NCBI GenBank assembly: GCA_045580165.1
Contig: JAZNNG010000059.1
Location: 6,941-70,940 of the forward strand
DNA: 64,000 bases
Reading direction: 5' to 3'
DNA from: Eubacteriales bacterium
GTDB lineage: Bacteria > Bacillota > Clostridia > Oscillospirales > CAG-272
Shown piece after piece: positions 28,209 through 37,625 of the stretch. Below the pieces are notes generated by a model that was given only the letters and a program-made list of their open reading frames with translations, was not told the origin of the DNA and did no database searches. Numbering within the stretch: the stretch's first letter is position 1; every line of letters starts with the position of its first letter. The position numbers and the translations under genes were made by a program.

Positions 28209-31200
28209 TTAGTTTATAAGAATGGCTCTGAGGTTTACGGTGTGACCTGAAGTAAGATTTTCGGATACCTTGATTTCACACGTGTGAGTCTTGTATTCAA
28301 GTCCGTCTATAAGCGGTACTCTTTCAGAAACAGTAGGTCCGCAAAGAGTTTGCTCCATCCATTCTCCACCGTCTATTCTGAATTTAACAACGCCTGCCTT
28401 GCTGTTAACTGATGTGTATACAGCAACCTCGTCGCCCGTGAAGCTGAAGCTGAGAGTTGCGCCCGGAGTGGTTGATGAAAGACCAAATTCTTTATTTGAC
28501 CATTCTTCAGAATTATAGGTCATTTCTTCTCTGTATAAAAGCGTTGCATCACTACGGTCGTGAGCTGACATAGGCTTCTTAATCACCTTGTCTGAAATTC
28601 CCGTTTCTTCAATTTCGCCCCAGTTATTTACGAACATTTCTCTTAGAGGCTTGAGCATTATTTCATAGCCCTTGTCGGTGGGGTGAATGTCATCGTAAAT
28701 ATAGTCCTTGGAATTGAGTGAGTTGCTATCAATATAGTCGTTAAGCACGCTTCCGAAGTATACAGAGTTGATGTTATAGTACTCTGCAAGCTCCTCCTGT
28801 GCCTCGGTCGACTCCGTCTGATTCTCTTCTGCCATCTCTCTCGTCTGAGTATATACCATTACGATGTCGATCTCGGGATCGTAATCGTAGATCTGCTGAA
28901 TTATTGCTTCGTAGAACTCCTGGACCAGCTCCTTGGTCAACTTAAATTGCTTATAACTATCATCAAAGTGGTTATCGTTAGCCGCAAACTCGATAAATAC
29001 GAGGTCGGGGTCCTGTTTGAGCACGTCATCTATTCTGTACGCACCGTAAGACGAGCCCGTACCGCCGATGCCTGCGTGGATCATTTTGATCTCTGCCGTC
29101 GGATAGTCCGCCTTGAGCCACGCATCAAACATCGTTCTCCAACAGTTGTTCTCGTAGCTTCTTCCGAGAGTTATCGAGCCGCCGAGATATGCGACCGTGA
29201 GCTTTTTGTCCTGTGTGAGCTTCGTATAAGAATTCTTAAGCGGCTCGCGGTATTCTATGTAACCGTTATAATCGTGCAGATAGGGGACTGTCTTATATTC
29301 GCTCCAATTTGCGAGCTTTCTTACCATAATGGTAGCATCAAGAGCGTTTATCTCGCCGTCAAGGTTGAGGTCAAGGTTTTTCGGCTTTGCCAAGGACTCA
29401 TAGCCCACCCAGCCTGCAAGATGGCGCATAAAGAGCACCAAATCGAGAGTAGTTATTTCACCGTCACCGTTTGCATCTGCGTAATTCTTTTCGAGGTTCT
29501 TAAGCTCTGCCTGATAGTCGAATTCGTACGCCTGTGCTTCTTCAAGCGTCTTGAAGAAGCCGATATATTCAACGTCGAAATAATCGTCTTCGTTCACAAA
29601 GGCTACGTCAAACTGAGTTCTGCCTCCGTACAGTGCAATTCGGAAGTATGATATGGGGGACTCATAATCTGCAGTAGAATATTTACTTACAGCAGTGAGA
29701 TCAACTATCATTTTTTCGTTGTGCTCAGAACCAATAAGCTCACCCGTAAATCCCGTAGGACGATTGGCTTTTCCCTCTATTGTAATTCCTACACTGGCTG
29801 CCGCAGCAACTCCCTCGGGAAGCTCTATATTTGATTTATATCCCACCGCGATATACTTATAGGTCTGCGCGTGTATCTGCTTGGGATATGAGAACTTCAA
29901 GTAGTTCTCGTTACCGTCATAAAGAACTCCGCCCTCAGGACCCGAAAAGCTTAAATACTGACTGTTGTTGTCAGAAATGATTCCGTTAGCGGTGTGTCCG
30001 ATCGCTTTTCCCGTAAGCTGATTTGCCATAAAGATGTGGTAAGGTGAATCAATATCCATATTAAGCTCTGGGAGCACCTCGGGTATTCTGGATTCTGCAT
30101 ACGCGTCTGCAGATGCTTTATTCTTAAAGAAACCTATATATTCAACGTCAAAATATTCGTTTGCTACCTGAGTTGAGCCGTAGGTTTTATGAGGACCGAC
30201 ACGCAGATACTTTACGTTTGAGCTTTCGTCAATGCTTTCGTCAAACGTGGTTATATCGGCATCTCCTGCGTTGATTTCAGCAATATCCACTACAATCGCG
30301 CCGTTAGAACCGTTGAGGTCACCATTCAGTCCCCAGAAGCGCTTATATGCCGTACCGTCCTTGGGGAGAAGTCCAACGCTTACAGAAGCTGTGTCGGTAA
30401 TGTTTGTTCTGTACCCTATAACCGCATAGTGATACTTGTGTGCAGGAACGTCCTCGGGCACACCGAGTGTACCGTAATAGCTTCTCGTGTACTCGTATTC
30501 TTCTTCGGGACCTGTGAAGCGGAAATATTCTACGCCGTCAACGGTGGTTAAACCGTCTGCAAAATATCCTGCGGCGCTTGCCGTAAACTCGTCCGCCTCA
30601 AAAACGTGACAGTCAACAAGGTCTACCGTGTCATCTTCCTCCTCGGGCTCCTCTCCCTCGGGTGTTGTCTTTTCCTCAAAATATTTAACAGCCGATGCCT
30701 TTTCAAACATTGCTACGTATTCGTACGCCGCGTAGTAATTGGTATAAGATTGACCCGCCTCTGTATCCAACACGGGAAGCTTCTCTCCGCCCCAAGGGCC
30801 TATGCCCAAGCCGTTAATAGTCTCAGACGTGTAATCTTCGGGTATTTCAAATACGGCTGAGACGTCATAAACGCCGTCTGCGCCTGCTTCACTCGGGAAG
30901 CCACAAGAAATAACGAGCCTGTTCTTGTCGCCAAACCCAAGCGAGCTGTCAACAGGCACGAGTCCCACACTTGTAGGCGAAGTCCTGTCCTGCGTATTGC
31001 TCTTGAATTTTGTTACCACCGCTTCGACGTCAGACGTTGCAAAAACGTCGTTTGTGTCAAACGTCCAATATAACCATACGGCGCGTCCTTCCATATTGTT
31101 ATTAGGTCTTACGACATAATACTCTTCTCCGTTTTCCTCTATCGCGGCGAGAGATGCCTTGGAGTTTTTGGGAACGAGTCTGCCTGCATCATCCTCCGAT

Positions 31201-31553
31201 ATAAGGTCGGCTGCCGTGTAAAGCTTATATGCGGAAAAGCTTGCCTTTACGGTAAGGCTCTGCGTGATCTCTGCACTGTCATCAACGGCAGTTGCACCGT
31301 CAGCAGAGGTCCAGCCCGCAAACACCTTGGTTTCAGTCTTGGCAATAGCGGTCCTGACTGACGCTGCCTCTGCAGCTTCACCATTAAGCAATGTGGCTAT
31401 CGTAGTCGTACCGTCAAACTCAATAGATTCGATAGTATTTCTGCTTTCGTCAAGAAATGTAACGCTGTTATCTCCTGCCGCCGACACAGTTACGGGGATC
31501 ATGCCGACCACCATTACAAGCACGAGAAATAAAGCAAGAAATGATCTTTTCAT
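28209..31553 (-). CDS. large secreted dockerin-containing SGNH esterase with three N-terminal repeat modules
   Basis: Signal peptide. Three repeated modules of roughly 180-200 aa, two ending YFDVEYIGFFK. Dockerin duplicated Ca-loops DANGDGEITTLD / DLNLDGEINALD. SGNH blocks YLGGSITLG, GIGGTGS, FAANDN, DDIHPTDKGY. Confidence 0.88.
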   Translation of the reverse strand: MKRSFLALFLVLVMVVGMIPVTVSAAGDNSVTFLDESRNTIESIEFDGTTTIATLLNGEAAEAASVRTAIAKTETKVFAGWTSADGATAVDDSAEITQSLTVKASFSAYKLYTAADLISEDDAGRLVPKNSKASLAAIEENGEEYYVVRPNNNMEGRAVWLYWTFDTNDVFATSDVEAVVTKFKSNTQDRTSPTSVGLVPVDSSLGFGDKNRLVISCGFPSEAGADGVYDVSAVFEIPEDYTSETINGLGIGPWGGEKLPVLDTEAGQSYTNYYAAYEYVAMFEKASAVKYFEEKTTPEGEEPEEEDDTVDLVDCHVFEADEFTASAAGYFADGLTTVDGVEYFRFTGPEEEYEYTRSYYGTLGVPEDVPAHKYHYAVIGYRTNITDTASVSVGLLPKDGTAYKRFWGLNGDLNGSNGAIVVDIAEINAGDADITTFDESIDESSNVKYLRVGPHKTYGSTQVANEYFDVEYIGFFKNKASADAYAESRIPEVLPELNMDIDSPYHIFMANQLTGKAIGHTANGIISDNNSQYLSFSGPEGGVLYDGNENYLKFSYPKQIHAQTYKYIAVGYKSNIELPEGVAAAASVGITIEGKANRPTGFTGELIGSEHNEKMIVDLTAVSKYSTADYESPISYFRIALYGGRTQFDVAFVNEDDYFDVEYIGFFKTLEEAQAYEFDYQAELKNLEKNYADANGDGEITTLDLVLFMRHLAGWVGYESLAKPKNLDLNLDGEINALDATIMVRKLANWSEYKTVPYLHDYNGYIEYREPLKNSYTKLTQDKKLTVAYLGGSITLGRSYENNCWRTMFDAWLKADYPTAEIKMIHAGIGGTGSSYGAYRIDDVLKQDPDLVFIEFAANDNHFDDSYKQFKLTKELVQEFYEAIIQQIYDYDPEIDIVMVYTQTREMAEENQTESTEAQEELAEYYNINSVYFGSVLNDYIDSNSLNSKDYIYDDIHPTDKGYEIMLKPLREMFVNNWGEIEETGISDKVIKKPMSAHDRSDATLLYREEMTYNSEEWSNKEFGLSSTTPGATLSFSFTGDEVAVYTSVNSKAGVVKFRIDGGEWMEQTLCGPTVSERVPLIDGLEYKTHTCEIKVSENLTSGHTVNLRAILIN

Positions 31554-31684
31554 ACATATCCTCCAAATACCGGATTATAATTATACCAATTTTGATTTTA
31601 CCACAACCTATCAATAATTTCTACTCAAATATTCCAAAAAAATTGTCACATATTACAATTTTGTATAATGTTTATTATATATTC

Positions 31685-31717
31685 AAAAGACCCGTTGCAA
31701 CGTGCAACGGGTCTTTT
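31685..31717. terminator. bidirectional terminator
   Basis: AAAAGACCCGTTGCA-ACG-TGCAACGGGTCTTTT. Confidence 0.85.
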
Positions 31718-31738
31718 GTGTTCAAATTATGTGTGCCA

Positions 31739-33235
31739 TTACGGACAGAGTATTGCCCAAGGAGTTCCGTCTTCATCCACCTGATAATCAACGAAATATC
31801 CGAGCTTTTCAAAGTCACGTATCTTTATAAAGGTTCTTCCGTCTATAAGAACGCCTGTCATATCTATCTTGGTGTCGCCGCGTACAACGTACGCACGTCC
31901 AAGAACGGGATCCCAGTCGACCACCTCTCCAAGACGCTCGCATATTCTTCTCATGGGAAGATACATACTGCCGCCGATATTGTGAAAATCGTAAAGTCCG
32001 AGAGCTATGGGCATTTCAACGTCGGTGACCGTTCCGTAGACCTCAGCCGCGCCCTCTGTTCCGTCCCAGGTTATGAGCATAGCATCAAGCTGCCAGCTCT
32101 GGGCGGCTTCGTTATAGGAATCAAAATAGCCCAAAAGACCTTCAATTGTTGACGAGTAGCCGTAAAGCTCGGGAAAGGCGATCTCCTCCACAAAGGTTGT
32201 GGTTGAAGTTCCTTCTGCCGTTGCAAAAATAACGCCTGCGATCGCAACTGAAGCGTCGGTGTTAACCGTTATGACGTTATCCGTCTCACTGATCTTATAG
32301 CTCAAAGTGCTTCCGTCAAGCTCAGCGAGTATTTCCTCTGTTTCCACAGGATCAAAAGCCATAGCGAGCTCGTCAAGAAGCTCCTCAAGCTCGGATTTTG
32401 ATTCCTCGCTCACAAACTCTGCTATTGCAAGATCTATATCCTCGTTTGTAATCTCGGGATATGCCAAAATCATATAATCGCGGTATGAATCTATTAGTTC
32501 AACCAGGAACTCTGCCACGGCATCGACGTTGCTTCTCAGATATTCGATACCGTTTCTAAGCACATCGATCATTTCCTTTGCGGTAAGGTCTATTCTGAAG
32601 CCGTTTTCGGTCTTGGAAACAACCCCCGTTTCAAATCCGGCAAAAAGCTTCTTTGCAGCTTCTACAAGCGTTTCGTAGATGGCTATTGCGTCTTCCGTTT
32701 CCATTTCGGCGCCTTCTTCCTCTGCAATCGGAATGGCTATGTAATTGATATCGGAAATTCCAAGAAGCGCGTTGTAAAGAATAAACAGGCTTTCATCCGT
32801 GGTGACCGTTTCGGCAATCAATGCATCGATATCAAGCGTTTCGGAGCTTACGTAAAAATCTCCGACATAGGCAGCCTCGGCGGTGATCGCGGAGTCGAAT
32901 CCGAAATTCAAAATGCTCGGAATGTTGAAGTCTATCTCCATAAACTGGAGCATATTCTCTGTGTCGCTAACGCCGTTCATAGTAACGTATATCTGCTCCG
33001 GAATGACATCGGCAGGATAAACCGTACCGTCCCCCTCCGAGCTCAGAAGCGCAGCTATAACCTCGTTGTTAAGGGAGATCACCATCTCGCTCTTAAGTTC
33101 ATACGCGCCCGATTTATTGGCGAGCTTTATAAGCATATCGAGGTAATCGGTTTCAACGCCCGAGCAGCCCGAGAACGTAGCTACTATCATAACAAGCGCG
33201 AGTACGGCTGACAAGATTCTTTTGGTCATTTTCAT
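31739..33235 (-). CDS. lipoprotein with C-terminal copper-amine-oxidase-like (stalk) domain
   Basis: Lipobox ATFSGC. Acidic repeat-poor body. The C-terminal LGLYDFHNIGGSMYLPMRRICERLGEVVDWDP is paralogous to the N-domain of 26596..28149. Confidence 0.8.
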   Translation of the reverse strand: MKMTKRILSAVLALVMIVATFSGCSGVETDYLDMLIKLANKSGAYELKSEMVISLNNEVIAALLSSEGDGTVYPADVIPEQIYVTMNGVSDTENMLQFMEIDFNIPSILNFGFDSAITAEAAYVGDFYVSSETLDIDALIAETVTTDESLFILYNALLGISDINYIAIPIAEEEGAEMETEDAIAIYETLVEAAKKLFAGFETGVVSKTENGFRIDLTAKEMIDVLRNGIEYLRSNVDAVAEFLVELIDSYRDYMILAYPEITNEDIDLAIAEFVSEESKSELEELLDELAMAFDPVETEEILAELDGSTLSYKISETDNVITVNTDASVAIAGVIFATAEGTSTTTFVEEIAFPELYGYSSTIEGLLGYFDSYNEAAQSWQLDAMLITWDGTEGAAEVYGTVTDVEMPIALGLYDFHNIGGSMYLPMRRICERLGEVVDWDPVLGRAYVVRGDTKIDMTGVLIDGRTFIKIRDFEKLGYFVDYQVDEDGTPWAILCP

Positions 33236-33282
33236 AATGCTTCTCCTTTTTTATAAGTGGACCGATAACGGCCCTGATGCTT

Positions 33283-33432
33283 TTAGTTAACGAGTACCGC
33301 GTAGATCCGGACTGTGTCCTCAGCCTTGATCTTATCGGATACTCTTATCTCAAGAGTATGCTCGGTGGGCTCAAGTCCGCTTGCGAGCAGAACTCTCTGA
33401 CGTTTGCGCCGCAGAAGGCTTGCTCCTGCCAC
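33283..33432 (-). pseudogene. relic of the C-terminus of a third SGNH-esterase paralog
   Basis: It translates to ...RVLLASGLEPTEHTLEIRVSDKIKAEDTVRIYAVLVN*. Compare the C-termini ESGLEYGEHTLEIRCSEK...INIFAILVN and IDGLEYKTHTCEIKVSEN...VNLRAILIN. No upstream esterase body remains. Confidence 0.7.
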
Positions 33433-33445
33433 TATCATTTGATAC

Positions 33446-35209
33446 TCAGTTTGAATAGAGCTTATAAAGCTCACTGTAAACGCCGCCGCGGTCGATAAGC
33501 TCTGAGTGACTTCCCTCCTCACAGATGCCGTTTTCGTCAAGCACGATTATGCGGTCTGCGTTTCTGATGGTAGTCAGTCTGTGTGCAATGGTGATGACCG
33601 TCCTGCCGCGAGCAAGCTTTTCGAGCGATGACTGCACGAGTCGCTCGCTTTCGTTGTCAAGAGCGCTGGTCGCCTCGTCGAGAATGAGTATAGGTGGATT
33701 TTTAAGGAACACTCTCGCAATGGAGATCCTCTGCTTTTGTCCACCCGACAGCTTTACTCCGCGCTCTCCGACGTAGGTATCGTACCCGTCGGGTAGCTTT
33801 TCGATAAACTCGTCCGCGCCCGCAAGACGCGCCGCGGCTCTTATTTCCTCATCCGTCGCGCCCGGCTTGCCGTACGCGATATTCTCCTTCACGGTGGACG
33901 AGAACAGGTAGACGTTCTGATTTACTATTCCTATATTGTTTCTTAGCGATTCGAGAGTGAGCTCGGTTATGTCCTGCCCGTCGATCCTGATAACGCCGTC
34001 GTCAAGCTCGTAGAAACGCGGGATGAGCGAGCAAAGCGTTGTCTTTCCGCCTCCCGACGGTCCGACAAGAGCAATGCTTTCGCCTTTTTTTATGTGCAGG
34101 GTAAGCCCCTTTATGACCTTTTTATCGTCATCGCCGTAGCCGAAGGTGATGTTGTCCATTAGTATCTCTCCCTCGACGTTTCCAAGAGCCTTCGCGCCCT
34201 TTTTGTCAACTATGTCGGGCTCGGTGTCCATAACCTCGGCAAAGCGCTCGATTCCCGTCATTCCTCGCTGGAACTGCTCGGCAAATTCTATTATACGTCT
34301 GACACTTGCCAAAAGAGTCGAAACGTAGAGTAAGTACGCGACGAAGTCTGCAGGGGTGATAGCGCCCCTCATAAGGAAGAGTGCGCCCGAGCAAACGACT
34401 ATAATATACGCGAGACCGTCAAAGAAACGTGTCGAAGACTGGAATGCGCCGAGATATTTGTATATAACCGATTTCACGTTGAGGAAGCCCTTATTGCCGT
34501 CCTCGAATTTTTCCTTTTCTATTTCCTCGTTGGCAAAGGACTTGACCTCGTGTATTCCGAGCAAGCTGTCCTCTACCTGCGAGTTAAGTATTGCGATCTT
34601 GGCACGCGACTCCTTGAAGCCTGCCCTCATTTTTTTATTGAACGGCACCAGCACCGCAACCATTATGGGTATGATGGAGAAAACTATCAGTGTAAGCGGT
34701 ACGTTGACGAAGCATAGAATGGTGAACGCACCGATTATCTTTATGCCTGCGATGAATATCTCCTCGGGACAGTGGTGCGCGAACTCGGTAACGTCCATAA
34801 GGTCGCTCGTTATACGCGACATCAGCGAGCCGACCTTGGTGTTGTCAAAGTATGAAAACGACAGCTTTTGCAGGTGAGCAAAGAAGTCTGTACGCATATC
34901 GGTCTCTATCCGCGCGCCCATCATATGTCCTACCGACGCCATATAGTTATAAGCAAGCGTGTCGATTATTCTCAGCACGAGATAGAGCGCCGTACAACCG
35001 AGTATCAGCGGCACGGTGAGCGAGGCGAGGTCATTGGTCGCGCGTTCGGTTATCATTTTCACTATAAGAGGAAGCGCAAGCTCGCACAGCGTTGTCAGCG
35101 AGGCGCACAAAAGGTCGCACGCCATTGTAAATTTGTATTTTTTGTAGTATGGCAAAAAGCGTTTGATCAGAGAGCCTGCTTTTTGCTTTTTCGGAGCTTT
35201 AGTGTTCAT
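33446..35209 (-). CDS. ABC exporter, fused permease/ATPase (MsbA/MdlB-like)
   Basis: Six-TM ABC_membrane domain followed by GPSGGGKTT, LSGGQKQR, ILILDEATSALD. The start is chosen at MNTKAPKK (35209, AAAGGAA SD); the ORF track extends to 35260. Confidence 0.9.
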   Translation of the reverse strand: MNTKAPKKQKAGSLIKRFLPYYKKYKFTMACDLLCASLTTLCELALPLIVKMITERATNDLASLTVPLILGCTALYLVLRIIDTLAYNYMASVGHMMGARIETDMRTDFFAHLQKLSFSYFDNTKVGSLMSRITSDLMDVTEFAHHCPEEIFIAGIKIIGAFTILCFVNVPLTLIVFSIIPIMVAVLVPFNKKMRAGFKESRAKIAILNSQVEDSLLGIHEVKSFANEEIEKEKFEDGNKGFLNVKSVIYKYLGAFQSSTRFFDGLAYIIVVCSGALFLMRGAITPADFVAYLLYVSTLLASVRRIIEFAEQFQRGMTGIERFAEVMDTEPDIVDKKGAKALGNVEGEILMDNITFGYGDDDKKVIKGLTLHIKKGESIALVGPSGGGKTTLCSLIPRFYELDDGVIRIDGQDITELTLESLRNNIGIVNQNVYLFSSTVKENIAYGKPGATDEEIRAAARLAGADEFIEKLPDGYDTYVGERGVKLSGGQKQRISIARVFLKNPPILILDEATSALDNESERLVQSSLEKLARGRTVITIAHRLTTIRNADRIIVLDENGICEEGSHSELIDRGGVYSELYKLYSN

Positions 35210-35291
35210 TGGAGATTTCCTTTTTCTTTTTGAAATAGGGCTTAAGATTATTTTTCCCACAGTTATTCAAAAAGCAGTCCCTCTTGTTTTG

Positions 35292-35362
35292 AGGATACCA
35301 CTTTTGATTCCCAAAGTCAACACATCGTGCCTATTCGTCGATTTTTTGAGCCTATTCGTTGA
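35292..35362 (-). promoter_or_regulatory. promoter with two phased direct repeats (ACGAATAGG x2, 21-bp period) abutting the -35
   Basis: Read on the minus strand: TCAACGAATAGG-N9-TCGACGAATAGG-N9-TTGACT-N17(TGG)-TATCCT. The architecture is the same as at 17528-17598. Confidence 0.6.
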
Positions 35363-35612
35363 TTCTTTGGTGTTATTTTATGAAATGGGAAGACTTGGTG
35401 AGTATATTATATCACATATTTTAGTAATTACAAGAGGGGAAGATCGTTTTTAGCAGAAGCAAGCCCTTCCCCTCACACGCCGCTACTTGATTTTATCCTC
35501 TCTTTGTGCTAAAATTATACTAAACGACACTTTTATGTATTTTTCCACCCTTTACGGCGGTATACTTGTAATAAACAACATACGCTTGGACACAGGTCCG
35601 AAAGGAATAAAA

Positions 35613-37571
35613 ATGGCAAGAAAAAAGATCACACTTGTTAAAATCGACAAGGGACTCGCTCCCTTTGAAGCTGACCTCAGACTCAGAATGAACAACTACG
35701 AGAGAAAAAAGAAGGAGCTACTTAAGCTCGCTCCCACCCTCTCTGATTTTGCCAACGGACACCTATACTACGGTCTGCACAAGACCGCGGACTGTTGGAT
35801 ATTCAGAGAATGGGCTCCTGCGGCAAGCGAGGCGGCGCTCGTCGGTGACTTCAACGGCTGGGACGAGCATTACGGTATGATGCAGAATCTCGGAAACGGA
35901 AATTTCGAGATAAAGCTCCCTCTTGACGCGTTGAAGCACGGACAAAATCTCCGTGTCAAGCTCGTGTCGGGCGGCAGAGTTCTCGACCGCGTTCCCTCGT
36001 ATATGAACAGAGTCGGTCAGAGCTGGGCCGACGGCAGCTTCTGCGGTCAGGTATGGGATCCGGACGTTAAATTCAAGTGGACAGACTCACGCTTCTTCAA
36101 GAAAAAGAAGCCCGAAAATCCCCTCATCTACGAATGTCACATCGGCATCTCCAACGAGGACGAGAGCATCGGCACCTACAACGAATTCACCGAAAAGGTG
36201 CTCCCCCGCGTTAAGGATAACGGCTACAACTGCATACAGATAATGGCTGTTATGGAGCATCCGTACTACGCGTCCTTCGGCTATCAGGTATCGAGCTTTT
36301 TTGCGCCGTCCTCGCGCTTCGGCACGCCCGAGGAGCTTAAAAGCCTCATCAACACCGCCCACAAGATGGGCATCTTCGTGCTTCTCGACATCATCCACTC
36401 CCACGCGGCAATAAACGCCGTCGAGGGACTTTCCGAGTTCGACGGAACCACCTATCAGTATTTCCACGAGGGTGAGCGCGGATATCACAGCGCGTGGGGC
36501 ACAAGACTCTTTAACTACGACAAGAACGAGGTGCTTCACTTCTTGCTCTCAAACGTAAAGTACTGGATCGAGGAGTTCCATTTCGACGGCTTCCGCTTCG
36601 ACGGAGTCACCTCGATGCTCTACCACAACCACGGTCTTGGTGTCAGCTTCGATTCCTACGAAAAATACTTCAGCCTGAACACCGACACCGAGTCGGTGAC
36701 CTATCTTCAGCTTGCAAACGAGCTTATCCACACCGTAAACCCGAACGCCATTACGGTTGCCGAGGATATGAGTGGTATGCCGGGTATGTGTATTCCCGTG
36801 TCAGACGGCGGTATCGGCTTTGACTACCGCTTATCTATGGGTGTGCCCGATATGTGGATAAAATACCTCTCCAAAATGCGTGACGAGGATTGGAGTATGG
36901 ACAACCTCTGGTACGAGCTTACCACAAGACGTCCGCTTGAAAAGAATATCGGCTACGCGGAGAGTCACGATCAGGCGCTCGTCGGCGACAAGACCATAAT
37001 GTTCTGGCTTGCCGACAAGGAAATGTACTACTCTATGAGCAAGAACTCCCAAAACCACATAATTGATCGCGCAATGGACTACCACAAGGAGATAAGACTC
37101 GTGACCGCTACCCTTGCAGGCGAGGGATACCTCAACTTTATGGGTAACGAATTCGGTCACCCCGAGTGGATAGATTTCCCCCGTGAGGGCAACGGCGACT
37201 CGGGCAAGTACGCGCGCCGTCAATGGAGTCTTGTCGACAATCCCGATCTCAAATATGAATATCTTAACAAGTTCGACAACGCAATGATAAAGCTTATAAA
37301 GAAGTATCCCATTTTGTCATCCGTGTCCGAGCTTATTTCAACTCACAACGATAACAAGACACTTGCGTACAAGCGCGGAGGACTCATTTTCCTCTTTAAC
37401 TTTAACGGCGTATTTCCTCAGAGCTTTACTCTCCCCGCCGCCGACAACGGCTACCGTACCGTTCTCTATACCGACGCGGCGGCGTTCGGCGGCAGAAGCA
37501 AAAGCGCGCCCAGAGCGTCGGAGAGGATCACCCTGCCTCCGAGAAGCGCCGTCGTGCTTGAAGCGAAATAA
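35613..37571 (+). CDS. glgB: 1,4-alpha-glucan branching enzyme, GH13 (GH13_8-like)
   Basis: GH13 regions DIIHSHA, FDGFRFDGVTSMLY, ITVAEDMSG, GYAESHDQ. AAAGGAA SD before ATG 35613; the ORF-track N-terminal extension is implausible. Confidence 0.9.
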   Translation: MARKKITLVKIDKGLAPFEADLRLRMNNYERKKKELLKLAPTLSDFANGHLYYGLHKTADCWIFREWAPAASEAALVGDFNGWDEHYGMMQNLGNGNFEIKLPLDALKHGQNLRVKLVSGGRVLDRVPSYMNRVGQSWADGSFCGQVWDPDVKFKWTDSRFFKKKKPENPLIYECHIGISNEDESIGTYNEFTEKVLPRVKDNGYNCIQIMAVMEHPYYASFGYQVSSFFAPSSRFGTPEELKSLINTAHKMGIFVLLDIIHSHAAINAVEGLSEFDGTTYQYFHEGERGYHSAWGTRLFNYDKNEVLHFLLSNVKYWIEEFHFDGFRFDGVTSMLYHNHGLGVSFDSYEKYFSLNTDTESVTYLQLANELIHTVNPNAITVAEDMSGMPGMCIPVSDGGIGFDYRLSMGVPDMWIKYLSKMRDEDWSMDNLWYELTTRRPLEKNIGYAESHDQALVGDKTIMFWLADKEMYYSMSKNSQNHIIDRAMDYHKEIRLVTATLAGEGYLNFMGNEFGHPEWIDFPREGNGDSGKYARRQWSLVDNPDLKYEYLNKFDNAMIKLIKKYPILSSVSELISTHNDNKTLAYKRGGLIFLFNFNGVFPQSFTLPAADNGYRTVLYTDAAAFGGRSKSAPRASERITLPPRSAVVLEAK

Positions 37572-37625
37572 TCACGTTACCCGTCCCGTGCGTATAATGT
37601 TAACATCACTGTACGGAGAATTTAT

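Noticed and set aside
27181-32152. Plus-strand ORFs 27181..27960, 28947..29651 and 31541..32152
   Set aside because: All are antisense to the esterase and lipoprotein genes, whose frames carry signal peptides, SGNH blocks and a dockerin. The plus-strand products are low-complexity.
33283-33540. 85-aa ORF treated as an intact gene
   Set aside because: Only its last roughly 45 residues resemble the esterase C-terminus. The N-terminal part overlaps the ABC exporter 3' end in another frame. It is annotated instead as a gene relic.
35433-35476. Hairpin GAGGGGAAG...CTTCCCCTC as a third MITE-like copy
   Set aside because: The stem composition is reminiscent, but the flanking arm motifs (CCGCTATCGCGG, GGATGAGG) are absent or reordered. 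The similarity is insufficient.
35487-35612. Long N-terminal extensions offered by the ORF track (glgB 35487, fmt 51924, yicC 47486, azlC 25869, spoVAD 43277, nrdG 19477, uvrA 14371, trxB 22811)
   Set aside because: The internal ATGs are preceded by proper SD sequences and match family N-termini. The extensions overlap upstream genes, operators or terminators.
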